From an uncultured Flavobacteriales bacterium (GTDB taxonomy: Bacteria > Bacteroidota > Bacteroidia > CAIKAF01), in NCBI GenBank assembly GCA_903825395.1, contig CAIKAF010000005.1, positions 82,755-146,754 of the forward strand: 64,000 bases of DNA, in the 5' to 3' direction. How positions within the stretch are numbered: position 1 is the stretch's first letter; the number at the start of each line of letters is the position of its first letter. Shown here one piece after another: positions 47,934-57,659 of this stretch. The notes under the pieces are model-generated. The model was given only the letters and a program-made list of their open reading frames with translations. It was not told the origin of the DNA and did not search any database. The translations under genes were made by a program, and so were the position numbers.

Positions 47934-48905
47934 CTATGTTATTTTAGGTAATAATGTCCTACCCCGAACTCCCCACCAAGCATGCCACATCGCTAAATTT
48001 TGATAGTACAACATTTTGCCCTGCGGTGTTTTTGGGATATTTAAATGAGCTAAAAAATACCAAGCCAAAGCCAAAATTCCACCGGCCTTTATAACCATTT
48101 CACGCCGACTCACTCTTCCCTGAAGCCTTAAAAAAAACCAGCGATTGCGTTCGTAGTAATAGGCCAAAACCCGTGCAATTTCCTCATTGGTGTTGCCCGC
48201 TTCGTCCTTTTTCGATGCCGTACTTTCATGCACACAAATAGGCGCCGCCAAATACACCGTTTCTACTCCCTGCTTTCGCAGCCGCCAAAGGTACTCTGTC
48301 TCTTCAAAATACAAGAAAAACCGGGTATCCATAAATCCGTACTTCCGCAGTATAGAAGCAGGAATAAATAAGGAATGCCCAAAAATGGTGGCGGCTTTAT
48401 CCTGCAGTTCATGCTGGCATTCTTCAAGAAGCAGGCCCTTGCGCCGATCATAGGGAAAGGCTGGGTCTGCCACTTCTTCCGGACCATAACTGCCGGAATA
48501 ATGAATTCGGTCGGGATTTTCAGCCATCAATGTGGTATGCGAAAACACCGCCTCCCCTGGCCATCGTTCGGCACCTTGAATGAGCAATTCCAAGGTATCT
48601 GGTCGAACATAGGCGTCGTTGTTCAATATCCAAACCCAATCGGCGTTCTGTTTCATAGCCCATTCAACCCCAAGTTGATTGCCGGCAGCATATCCCAGGT
48701 TTTCCGGCGAGGCGAAATAAACAACCTCCCGGCCCAATCCTTGTTCCAATCTACGGCGATCTTCCGCGCTGCTGCAGTTGTCAATCACCACCACCGATAT
48801 TTCGGCGGTTGATACTGAAGCCTGCACCGATTGAACGGCCCTGAGTGTTAGTCTTGATTTATTCCAGTTTAATATGACGGCAGCTACCTTCGATTTCTTT
48901 TTCAC
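47934..48905 (-). CDS. Glycosyltransferase family 2
   Basis: VAAVILNWNKSRLTLRAVQSVQ…VVVIDNCSS with a DxD context NNDAY, and the protein is 323 aa. Confidence 0.7.
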   Translation of the reverse strand: MKKKSKVAAVILNWNKSRLTLRAVQSVQASVSTAEISVVVIDNCSSAEDRRRLEQGLGREVVYFASPENLGYAAGNQLGVEWAMKQNADWVWILNNDAYVRPDTLELLIQGAERWPGEAVFSHTTLMAENPDRIHYSGSYGPEEVADPAFPYDRRKGLLLEECQHELQDKAATIFGHSLFIPASILRKYGFMDTRFFLYFEETEYLWRLRKQGVETVYLAAPICVHESTASKKDEAGNTNEEIARVLAYYYERNRWFFLRLQGRVSRREMVIKAGGILALAWYFLAHLNIPKTPQGKMLYYQNLAMWHAWWGVRGRTLLPKIT

Positions 48906-49014
48906 TATTCACTCTTTAGGTTCAATTCTGGGATTATCACTGTTTCATTATCCGATTTTTTATTGGTTGGCAGTCATAAAACCAGTTGCAGGCCCCCCTT
49001 GGCTTCTATTCGGT

Positions 49015-49797
49015 TTATTTTATGTACACTTTTCGCAAAATGAGTTTAATCAGAGCTTTCAACAACAACCTATAGTTGCTACGAAGCTCATGCAGCTGGT
49101 TTACCTGGCTGATGTATTGTTGCAGAAAAAACCCATGGTGTTTTGCATGCATATAGGCTAGTAATTTTTGGTGGTGGTGAACAGAAATGGTTCTTACCAT
49201 ACTTTGGCTTCGAACCCGATACCAATACGCCGGGTTCTTTGCCTTAAAAAACTTTGCACCTACCACCAAAGCATGTAGCCAAAATTCCCAGTCTTCATAA
49301 CCTTTAACCATTGATTCATCATAGCCGCCGACTCGCTCCCATAGCTCTTTACGGTATAAAGCGGTAGCTGGAATCCGATTTACATACCATTGCCTGGTTT
49401 GGTCTAATTTGGCTTCCCAAAGCAAGGATTCTTCTCCGAAGTGGATGCGATTGGCAAACACAATGTCACAGGCATCGTTTTTTTGCAAAAGTTCACAGGC
49501 TTCATTGATGAACGCTAAATTGGCTCGATCGTCTGCATCAAGTGGATAAATATACTTGCCTTTGGCCTGACGTATGCCTGCATTGCGGGCCGCCGACAAG
49601 CCCTTGTTTTCCGTGTTCAGCACACAAAAGCTATTGGCATGGCGCTGCAGAATTTCCAAGGTAATGGGGTCGGTAGATCCGTCGTTTACTACCACAACTT
49701 CTACCTCCTTTCCCAACAATGGCACAACACTATCCAAGGTCTCCTGAAGCAGTTTGCCGGCATTAAAACAGGGGATAACTATAGAAACAAGAAGCAT
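49015..49797 (-). CDS. Glycosyltransferase family 2
   Basis: LVSIVIPCFNAGKLLQETLDSVVPL…VVVVNDGSTD with a DxD in YPLDADD. Confidence 0.85.
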   Translation of the reverse strand: MLLVSIVIPCFNAGKLLQETLDSVVPLLGKEVEVVVVNDGSTDPITLEILQRHANSFCVLNTENKGLSAARNAGIRQAKGKYIYPLDADDRANLAFINEACELLQKNDACDIVFANRIHFGEESLLWEAKLDQTRQWYVNRIPATALYRKELWERVGGYDESMVKGYEDWEFWLHALVVGAKFFKAKNPAYWYRVRSQSMVRTISVHHHQKLLAYMHAKHHGFFLQQYISQVNQLHELRSNYRLLLKALIKLILRKVYIK

Positions 49798-49819
49798 TAT
49801 GGTTTAATCTTCGTACATG

Positions 49820-49985
49820 TGGGCGCCTGTCCCGCTTTCCGTTGCAAGTCCTCGGTGTTGGCGGGGAGCCGAAGGGACGCTGCGGGGGCTCCTAACGTCG
49901 CCTCCGCCCGCCACCCGGCTCTGCCCGCCAACCCCTGCGGGCTTTCCACTGCAATCGGGGGCGCTAGGGCCGGGTTGAGGAAAAA
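49820..49985 (+). repeat. GC-rich dispersed repeat, family 1, copy F
   Basis: gggggctcctaacgtcgcctccgcccgccacccggctctgcccgccaacccctgcgggc parallels the copy A core. It overlaps the 3' end of the 49964..50926 gene. Confidence 0.7.
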
Positions 49986-50926
49986 AGCGATTTCCAAGAA
50001 AAATAGTCTCGGTTAAGCCAGGTTCCTAGCAATCCAATGGGAATCGAAACAAGCAGCATAGAGGCTTGTTGCCAAACTGAAATAAATATCCCGGCTGAGG
50101 CGCTGTAGCCTAAGGCTGAAAAAACAGCCCCACTGCCCAATTGCAAAACTCCTAAATTCCCGGGCGTTATTTTTAGCAGCAGACCAATTCGCATCAAAAC
50201 AGTAGCATAAAAGACCCCGGTCAAATCAATTCCCAAATTAAACACCTGTGATATATGCCAACCCCAAAGAGTGGTTAGTCCTGTTAAGAGTATCGAAATA
50301 CCTGTGAAGCGCAGATAGTCTGCTGGCTTAAATTGGCTAAAGCCATCTAGCCCTAAATGCAGGCGCTGTACCCATTTTTTCTTCCAGCTGGGGGCATCCT
50401 GTATTTCTATAAAAGCATTGATTCTAGCTAAAGCATGCAAAGCAAAAACCGAAGAGGCCATACCCAACAATAGTATTACCAGAAATGGAGAAGCTTGGAA
50501 TTGAACCAACAACATCAACCCCATCATGCCATCTACACTCAAACCCAAAAAGAACAGCCAAAAATACGCTCCTGTAAGGGAAAAAAATGAAACATTATAC
50601 TTGGATTTTATGAAAGAGAGAAAATACAAAAAACTGCCTTGAAAAGGAATCAAATATCCCCATACATTCATTGAAAAAGGCAGGGTTAAACGGTCTGTTC
50701 GTTTAATGGCTACTTCTTCTCTTTTTAATAGCCAGGAAAGCTCAAATCCTTGAATCCAAAAAGAAAGGGCAGAAATTAACATCCCAAAAATTAGAATAGG
50801 AAGGGTTTTTATTCCCCAAACATCCGAATACTCTGTAAAGGCCATCCAAACCGCCAAAGCAAATAGAAATAAGCCCAATAGCCATGAAAAAGCAATTTTG
50901 ATTGTTTTTATATTTAATCGGAGCAC
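49964..50926 (-). CDS. Membrane protein with flippase-like / lysylphosphatidylglycerol-synthase-TM-like domain (UPF0104-like)
   Basis: Protein is 320 aa with about 8 TM helices. It is bracketed by inverted family-1 repeat copies, and the assignment is tentative. Confidence 0.45.
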   Translation of the reverse strand: MLRLNIKTIKIAFSWLLGLFLFALAVWMAFTEYSDVWGIKTLPILIFGMLISALSFWIQGFELSWLLKREEVAIKRTDRLTLPFSMNVWGYLIPFQGSFLYFLSFIKSKYNVSFFSLTGAYFWLFFLGLSVDGMMGLMLLVQFQASPFLVILLLGMASSVFALHALARINAFIEIQDAPSWKKKWVQRLHLGLDGFSQFKPADYLRFTGISILLTGLTTLWGWHISQVFNLGIDLTGVFYATVLMRIGLLLKITPGNLGVLQLGSGAVFSALGYSASAGIFISVWQQASMLLVSIPIGLLGTWLNRDYFSWKSLFSSTRP

Positions 50927-51004
50927 GGCATGGACTTAAAATTCAGGCTTTAACATTATCGCGTAAATCCTGTTTCTGGTTTAAACATTTTTGGACTGGG
51001 CTCT

Positions 51005-51175
51005 TTTTGTGGTGGCCAAGCGCCCCGGACCGCACGGATACCCCGCAAGGGGCCGGAGCCGGTTGGGCCCGGTTGGCGGGGTGGAGCTGTGCGGAACCAC
51101 CGCCGGCCGGCTGCCCAACGGGATTCGGCACCGCGGAGTAGCAGTAAGGGCCGGAATAGGCGCCCCAAAAATGCC
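51005..51175 (-). repeat. GC-rich dispersed repeat, family 1, copy G (inverted)
   Basis: ccccgcaaggggccggagccggttgg… is the reverse complement of the copy E stem region, and the copy ends ggcgccccaaaaatgcc. Confidence 0.7.
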
Positions 51176-51187
51176 CTAAATTCCTTT

Positions 51188-53107
51188 TCATTCTGTGCTG
51201 TTGTTTTCGCTGAATCGGGGGGGCATGCCTGCTATGACGCGGAGTACCCGCTCGGTGTCGAGCCCGATGGTGCTGCAGTACCACTGCAGGCCGGCCCATC
51301 GCGGTAGATTTTCGGCCATGGCTTTGCTCAGCGCCTGTTCCCGGCTCAATTGCCCTTCGCGAATCTGATTGCTGCGGAAGGTGTCGTTCTCGGTAAAGCC
51401 CGCAACCCGCCAATAGATGAAGTTGTAAAAGGCCGCCGTGCCGTCGCCAATGCGCCAGGTGGTGGGCGTTTCCGGATCTACCTCCCAATCGTAGCTGCCC
51501 CGAAGCAGTTCAATCATGGGCTCTTCCTGCCAAGGCAAGTAGTCGAAGATGTTGAGGTTGGAATGGGTTAGCCCATAGTAGGAGGCAAAGGCCCCTAGCG
51601 TATCGACCATAGATGCGTTGATGTAGGCGGGATTTAATACGGTCTCTTTTCCGTAATACAACAGCATTTTTAGTTTGTCAGCACCCGGGAGCTGGTAGGT
51701 TTTTTCTTCTCCAAATCGAGGAGGTATGCCGGCATATGCGGTTTTGAATCGGGTGGTTTCCAGTAGGTTTTCGCCCATGACCGATATGGTTAGGCCATAG
51801 GCCCGAAGCAGCCGCTGCGTATGGTAAAAATACTGTTTGTCGCCGGCCATAAACAAGGGGATGGTTCCCAATCGGGGGCGGCGCAGCCAGGCGCTGACAT
51901 TTCGGCGCACGTTGGCCCGCTTGGCGCGGATGTCGGCAGAAACCAATATGTGCTCTACGCCTAAGACTCCGCACATGCGGGCCTGATTGCGGCGGGCCAA
52001 ATCGGTCAGTAAACCCCAGTCGTAACTGAATGCCAGGGGCTTTAAGCCCAATTCCTTGACCAAATAATGCAGGGCAAAGCTGCTGTCGCGGCCTCCACTA
52101 AAGGGAACCAGACAGTTGGGCCCCTCACTCCTTGTGGTCAGGCTTTTCCGGGTTTCCTGAGCCAGGGCCTCTGCCCCTTTGGGCTGAAGTGGCCGGTGGT
52201 TGCGGCAATGGTTGCAAACGCCATGGTCATCAAATTCAATAAAAGGAAAGGTGTCGGGAAGGATGCAGCGGGTACAGCGCTTTAAGGTCAGCACCCTGTC
52301 CTGAATGCGGGCGGCCAGTTCTTCAAAGGGCCTCAAATTCAAGGAGGACTGCGGGCTGGGCGGAAGAACCGGAGCATGCAATCCGCTGGGGATTTCCTGC
52401 ACCGGAACGGCCGGGCCGGGGCTCAACGCTTCAATTCCCTTGCCCAATTCGGGGCGATCATAGGTAGAACCCTCCGGGAACAGGTCTTTAAATTCGCGCT
52501 GCAGGCTGTGCAGCATGGTTTGCTCCGAAGCCAGAACCTGTATGTCGTTCGTGGGCGAACTCAAGGAATGTAGGGAGCCGTTGTTGCTGCCGTACCACCA
52601 GCCGGGCTGATTGGCCGTCAGGGCAATTAAAGATGCCGTGCCCTCCATGCGGCTCAGCACTTCGTTGCGCTGTTCCGCGGGTAATACCGCCAGCCCTCGG
52701 GCCAGCACCTCGCTGTCCACCTCAGTTTGGCGCTGAGCGGCTCCCCAGCGCTGCCAAAGCTCGTCCGCATTCACCACAATGCCATTGTGCACCAGCAGCC
52801 AAGGACTCGAATACACCGGTTGGTTGTTTTGATTTTGGCTTTCATGCCCGTTGGTTACCAGGCGGGAGTGGGCGATCAGGTGAATAGGGCCGGGAGCGAT
52901 GTTGTTCAACATACTGCGGTATGCTTCTGTGCGCATCAGCTGTTCGGCCGGTTGCGGACAGCGGACAAATTGCAGTTTTTGGCTGTCGCGGATGGCCAGG
53001 CCGGAGGCCTCTTTGCCCCGGGCTTGAGACAAACGGAGCAAACAGGCCAGCAGGGCCGGGTTAAAGGACCTGCTGTTGCTCAGGTATATGCCAACGATGC
53101 CGCACAT
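51188..53107 (-). CDS. Fusion of class II (Ntn) glutamine amidotransferase domain with WbuX-type N-acetyl-sugar amidotransferase domain
   Basis: The N-terminus MCGIVGIY…HSRLVTNG…HNGIVVN is an Ntn GATase. The C-terminus CTRCILPDTFPFIEFDDHGVCNHCRNH…FSGGRDSSFALHYL carries the WbuX Cys motif and PP-loop. The protein is 639 aa. Confidence 0.75.
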   Translation of the reverse strand: MCGIVGIYLSNSRSFNPALLACLLRLSQARGKEASGLAIRDSQKLQFVRCPQPAEQLMRTEAYRSMLNNIAPGPIHLIAHSRLVTNGHESQNQNNQPVYSSPWLLVHNGIVVNADELWQRWGAAQRQTEVDSEVLARGLAVLPAEQRNEVLSRMEGTASLIALTANQPGWWYGSNNGSLHSLSSPTNDIQVLASEQTMLHSLQREFKDLFPEGSTYDRPELGKGIEALSPGPAVPVQEIPSGLHAPVLPPSPQSSLNLRPFEELAARIQDRVLTLKRCTRCILPDTFPFIEFDDHGVCNHCRNHRPLQPKGAEALAQETRKSLTTRSEGPNCLVPFSGGRDSSFALHYLVKELGLKPLAFSYDWGLLTDLARRNQARMCGVLGVEHILVSADIRAKRANVRRNVSAWLRRPRLGTIPLFMAGDKQYFYHTQRLLRAYGLTISVMGENLLETTRFKTAYAGIPPRFGEEKTYQLPGADKLKMLLYYGKETVLNPAYINASMVDTLGAFASYYGLTHSNLNIFDYLPWQEEPMIELLRGSYDWEVDPETPTTWRIGDGTAAFYNFIYWRVAGFTENDTFRSNQIREGQLSREQALSKAMAENLPRWAGLQWYCSTIGLDTERVLRVIAGMPPRFSENNSTE

Positions 53108-53113
53108 GCTGCT

Positions 53114-54211
53114 TTATTTATAAAGCCTTTCGTTGTCTTGAATGTCCATCCACATGGCGAACAAGAAACTTTGTATGGAGGAAATGCCCAGGAAGGTAAA
53201 GGCAAAAAGGGTTTCGAAGCTCATGTTTTGAACCAACCAGAGCGCCTTTAATACCCGATATAGGTAGGGCAGCCAAAGGAGGCCCAGCAAAAAAGAGAAA
53301 TGGTAGAGCAAAAACAAAGGATGGAAATCCCGAAACAGGTACTTGTGCCAAAGCCGGCGGAAGAATCCCTTGAACAAGAGGAAGGAAATGCGGGGTATGA
53401 CCTTTAGGATTTTCATTTTGCTTTTTTCTCCTACGTCATAAATGGGTTTAATTTCCACTTCTCTGAGGCTGCAAAAGGCAATGTTCAGTTTCACCAGCAT
53501 GTCGTTGGGCATTCCATAGCGCGGATAAATTTGATGCAGCCGAATTGCATTCAGAGCTTTGTTTGAAAGGGCGGTGTATCCCGTTTGGGTATCGGACACA
53601 TGCCAATATCCGCTGGCCATTTTGGTAAGTATGGAAAGGATGGAGTTGCCCAGGTATCTGATTTTGGGAATGACAAGGAGGGCACTGCGGTGAATCAGGC
53701 GGTTTCCCTTTACATAATCAATGCCTTCTTCAATTACGGGTAGGCAGATGCTTTCCAATTCGTCGGGATCCATTTGTCCATCGCCGGCCATAACCGCCGT
53801 GCAATCTATGCCATAATCTTTGGCCCATTTGTAGCCTCGGGCAATGGCAGCGCCTACGCCGGCATTTTGAAGCAAATTGATTAAGATGATGCGGTCGGTT
53901 TCCGGGCTGGCATTGGCGATTTGGGCCGGAGTAAACAGGGCTACTTCTTGTTGTTGAAGCTGTTGAACAACTTGGCTGGCTCGGTTGTAGCGGTTGGGGA
54001 CCACTCGGTTGAGGATGTTTTGAATGGGGAAGGGGGCCGGGGCTTGTTGGGCCATGTAATCGGCAACCATTTGGGCGGTTTGGTCAATGCTGAAATCATT
54101 GACAACGATAATGCGGTCAACGAAATCGGGCATGGAGGCCAGGACTTCGGTGATTTGGGTTTCTTCGTTGTAGCAGGGGACTACGACGGCGATGGTTTTA
54201 TTGTGGAGCAT
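53114..54211 (-). CDS. GT2 polyprenyl-phosphate glycosyltransferase (GtrB/ArnC-like) with C-terminal TM helices
   Basis: KTIAVVVPCYNEETQITEVL…RIIVVNDFSIDQT is followed by two C-terminal TM helices. The likely start is the MLHNK Met at 54211, which reduces the overlap with the upstream gene. Confidence 0.7.
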   Translation of the reverse strand: MLHNKTIAVVVPCYNEETQITEVLASMPDFVDRIIVVNDFSIDQTAQMVADYMAQQAPAPFPIQNILNRVVPNRYNRASQVVQQLQQQEVALFTPAQIANASPETDRIILINLLQNAGVGAAIARGYKWAKDYGIDCTAVMAGDGQMDPDELESICLPVIEEGIDYVKGNRLIHRSALLVIPKIRYLGNSILSILTKMASGYWHVSDTQTGYTALSNKALNAIRLHQIYPRYGMPNDMLVKLNIAFCSLREVEIKPIYDVGEKSKMKILKVIPRISFLLFKGFFRRLWHKYLFRDFHPLFLLYHFSFLLGLLWLPYLYRVLKALWLVQNMSFETLFAFTFLGISSIQSFLFAMWMDIQDNERLYK

Positions 54212-55556
54212 GGGGGGAGGCTTTTTTAAAAAACAATCGAAGGCCAAGGGGTACCATTAAATAGGGGATAAAATCCTGAACATAGCCGTATCGGGGCAAG
54301 TGTTTGCTAAGGTTAATATCCAAGACCAGGGCCAACAGCACGAAGGCAAAGGCCAAGAACCACAGATATGCGGCATCGGCAGCATGCGGCCCTCGAATGC
54401 GCATTGCAGCAAGGCCTACCGAAACTAAAGCCAAAACAATCCACAAGATATTGTTTAAAAGCAAACTGTGAAGAACATAACCCAAGTGTTGAATGTGCAA
54501 AAAAACATGGCCGGATTTTACGCGCGAAAACGCCTGCTCCTTAAATTGTGTGGCAATTCCGTATTTCAAGTCCTGGGCCTGCATTTCATGCCATAGGTAC
54601 TGCCGCCAAGGTTTAGGTACAGGAACGGCATTGTCGTACATGGTGTACCCTTCCCATTGCAATTTTTGATGCATCAGGTGTTTTTCTATGCGGTCAGGCA
54701 GCAAGGTATAGTAAAAGGCGGGCCTGTCGTAAGATGTGTTCAGCAGATAGCTGCCGTTTTTGTCGCCTCTGTTGGGGGTTGGATTCGGTTTCTGTTCAGC
54801 ATTGGCGGGCACAGCTGTCTTGTAAACCAACCTTGACAGCCGCTGCATGTTGCCGTAGTTGGGATAGCCCACCAACAGCCAACTGAGGCCCAGAAGAAAA
54901 AAACCGGAGAATAAAACGGCGCCCAGCAAGGGTCGAAAAGCCTCCGATTTTTTAAAAAATAAATACATCAAGACCGCCATCACCCAGGGCCAAAGCAAGA
55001 TGCCATTGGAGCGAAACAAAGGAAGCAGCATCAGCACCACGCCAAACAGGATGGCAAACACGGGCTTGGGTTGCGGTTTGAGCACCGCCGGGAGCAGGCT
55101 TAAGGCCAGCAAAAAAAGGAGCAAAAAAGGAGGCTCGGTTAATGGGGCCGTAAAAAAAGCCAAGGAATATCCGTCGGCGAGGTAGGCCCCCAACAACAAA
55201 GCGGCCCCGGCCCCATACCAACCCCAGTTACGAACCCAAGCTCGGGAAACCAAGGCATAAACCAAAAACAGGCTTATAACCTGGATGGCAATATAGCTTG
55301 GGGTAGAAAGGCTAAATTGCATCTTTGCATACAGGAGGAGGGGTAAGCCCAAAGGTAAATCAATCAATACCCCATCGTAGGAGCCAAATAAGCCGTTCAT
55401 CCATCGATCGGCGAGGCTGTAATAGTCGAAATAATCGGGGGTAATATCGAATAATGGGGCGTAAATCCAAAATAGGAGGTGGGAATAGAACATCCATAAA
55501 AACCCTACAATTGGCAGAAGGATTTTGATTGATTTTTTTTTCAATCTAAAACACAT
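54198..55556 (-). CDS. Polytopic membrane protein, putative GT-C-type (ArnT/PMT-like) glycosyltransferase
   Basis: Protein is 452 aa with 10 or more TM helices. It has an Asp-rich first loop (FDITPDYFDYY) and is paired with the upstream GtrB/ArnC-like GT2. Confidence 0.45.
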   Translation of the reverse strand: MCFRLKKKSIKILLPIVGFLWMFYSHLLFWIYAPLFDITPDYFDYYSLADRWMNGLFGSYDGVLIDLPLGLPLLLYAKMQFSLSTPSYIAIQVISLFLVYALVSRAWVRNWGWYGAGAALLLGAYLADGYSLAFFTAPLTEPPFLLLFLLALSLLPAVLKPQPKPVFAILFGVVLMLLPLFRSNGILLWPWVMAVLMYLFFKKSEAFRPLLGAVLFSGFFLLGLSWLLVGYPNYGNMQRLSRLVYKTAVPANAEQKPNPTPNRGDKNGSYLLNTSYDRPAFYYTLLPDRIEKHLMHQKLQWEGYTMYDNAVPVPKPWRQYLWHEMQAQDLKYGIATQFKEQAFSRVKSGHVFLHIQHLGYVLHSLLLNNILWIVLALVSVGLAAMRIRGPHAADAAYLWFLAFAFVLLALVLDINLSKHLPRYGYVQDFIPYLMVPLGLRLFFKKASPHAPQ

Positions 55557-56629
55557 TGCAACGCCCTTTTTAATTTATTTAGGTCTAGTTGTCTATCTGC
55601 ATTTATTATTTTCAATCGTACTTCGGCCCCTGTTTTTTGAGGCGGCGTCCATTTTGTTTTTTTTGCGTGGGTTTCCATTCCAGAAACGGCATATTGAATA
55701 GAAGCAACACTAGCCAAATTTCTAAATGTAAATGGATGTCCATATGCTGCAAAATCTTCTGGCATAAATTCGAGAACAGTAGCACCTTTAGGCAAGAAAA
55801 TTAAGTTTGTCAAGCCTGCGCCGTGCAATCCAGCAAGGATTTTAGTTTCCTGCATTAATTGGATTTGCTCTTTCATGGGTAACTCCTCAAACACAATGGG
55901 CTCAAACCCTAAATTTTGAATAAGGCGCAAAACCTCACCTTCGTTCAAAAGGGCCCTACGGCTTTTCTCAGACCTGTGGATCCATATTTTACGATTTGGT
56001 GCTTTGGGCGTATTAGAAAATGCTTGTGTATAATGTTGAGCCACCCTATATATTTCATTAGGATGAAAGAGAGAACTGGATTTGCGTGCATGCGGAAGTA
56101 TCAAACGAGAAATAAATGCATGTTCATCCAATTCCAAGCATTCCCATTCAATCCCAACAGAGGCAAGACTGGAGGCTACATATTCAAAATTTTTCCATCG
56201 ATTTGAAACCAGCAGTTTGGTGTTTTTTGCGACGAGACCGGCATCAAGAGCTCTGAGCAATCGAGGCATAAAACAGGTTAGCCAGAAAGAATACCCGAAC
56301 CACTTATGGTGAATAAGTAGGTAGGTTTGCTCCGGGTCTAGTTTTCGCACCTTCAAGCTGCTCCCAAAGCGGCAAACAGCCTCTTGAAAGGCTACCTCTT
56401 TTTGGAAGTTCCAGAATTGAGGGATGTCGTTTTTAGGAAATAAATTGGGCATGCAATGCCGGTTTAGCACACCGAATTTGGATACCAGGCCATAGTGGGA
56501 TACAAAAACATTGGACAGCCGGTCGATGCCGGGAGGGGATACAGAAAAAGAATGCTGTTGACCGATGTAGCCTTGCAGGTCCGGGTCGGCAAAAACGGGA
56601 TTAGCTAGAACAACCTTCTGTGGGTTCAT
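55541..56629 (-). CDS. GT61/DUF563-family glycosyltransferase (paralogue 2 of 3)
   Basis: See 45719..46792 for the shared motif, and the protein is 362 aa. Confidence 0.6.
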   Translation of the reverse strand: MNPQKVVLANPVFADPDLQGYIGQQHSFSVSPPGIDRLSNVFVSHYGLVSKFGVLNRHCMPNLFPKNDIPQFWNFQKEVAFQEAVCRFGSSLKVRKLDPEQTYLLIHHKWFGYSFWLTCFMPRLLRALDAGLVAKNTKLLVSNRWKNFEYVASSLASVGIEWECLELDEHAFISRLILPHARKSSSLFHPNEIYRVAQHYTQAFSNTPKAPNRKIWIHRSEKSRRALLNEGEVLRLIQNLGFEPIVFEELPMKEQIQLMQETKILAGLHGAGLTNLIFLPKGATVLEFMPEDFAAYGHPFTFRNLASVASIQYAVSGMETHAKKTKWTPPQKTGAEVRLKIINADRQLDLNKLKRALQCVLD

Positions 56630-56702
56630 TTTTGGGGGCTGAGGCAGGCTGTTTTTTGATTTGAAATGGTACGCTGGTTTCTAACAAAATTCTTTAAAAA
56701 AA

Positions 56703-57659
56703 TCAACCCAAAACTACTTTTGACTTGCTTACTGCTTTTTGAACCAAAGAACCGATAACCGGTAGATTATACACTGCCAAAATCATAAGATTTTTATTTG
56801 TTCTTCGATTATAACCTTTCGGGCATAGAATAAAAGACAACCCGGCATGTCGATAGAACCGGGCGGTGGATTTTTTTTTCCAGCTTTCAACAGCCAAATG
56901 ATAATGGCAAGCGCTCCGACGCAAATTGCATGCGGAAAGAGGCAAGAAGGGCCTCAACTCCCTGCGGTTAAAAATTGAAGTTAACGCGTTTAGCTCCCGT
57001 TGCCATTTTTTGGGGTCGCCCCAGGTAAAACTTTCGGGGTGAGCTACATATACCGTAGTCCTTTCTTTTAATTCATACATGGGAATGCCCTTTGCCACCA
57101 TACGTAATGTGGTATCCATATCCTCGCAAATGGGAATGTGCGGGTCAAATTTAACCGCATGCAAAATGCTGCTATGAACACACCAACGTTGTGGATTTAC
57201 GGTATATAAAATGAAATAGCGATAAGCATCCGTTGTTTCAAAATCCGGACAAACGCGCTCTTCTCTGTTTCCTTGAGCATCTTCATTCCATGCCTTCGTA
57301 AATAAAAACGCGGTGGGGAACCCCAGCTTTTCCAATCCTTTGTACAACATGCTCAGATGCTCCGGCAAGTGATAGTCATCGCTGTCTAAAAAACAAATGT
57401 AGCGTCCTTGAGCCACCATTATTCCTCGGTTTCGGCTAAGGCTTCGCTCTTGGTTTTGGGCGTTCGTTAATACCCGAATGCGGGAATCCTGTTCAGATGC
57501 TTGTGCTGCTATGGAGGCCGATGCATCGGTGGATGCATCGTCAACCAATACCAATTCCCAATGGGAATAGGTTTGTGCCTGCACCGATGCTATTGCCCGA
57601 CCTAAGGTAGAAGCCCGGTTGTAAAAAGGGATAACGATGGAAAAAAAAGGCTTAGACAT
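56703..57659 (-). CDS. Glycosyltransferase family 2
   Basis: FFSIVIPFYNRASTLGRAIASVQAQTYSHWELVLVDDASTDAS with a DxD in FLDSDD. Confidence 0.85.
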   Translation of the reverse strand: MSKPFFSIVIPFYNRASTLGRAIASVQAQTYSHWELVLVDDASTDASASIAAQASEQDSRIRVLTNAQNQERSLSRNRGIMVAQGRYICFLDSDDYHLPEHLSMLYKGLEKLGFPTAFLFTKAWNEDAQGNREERVCPDFETTDAYRYFILYTVNPQRWCVHSSILHAVKFDPHIPICEDMDTTLRMVAKGIPMYELKERTTVYVAHPESFTWGDPKKWQRELNALTSIFNRRELRPFLPLSACNLRRSACHYHLAVESWKKKSTARFYRHAGLSFILCPKGYNRRTNKNLMILAVYNLPVIGSLVQKAVSKSKVVLG

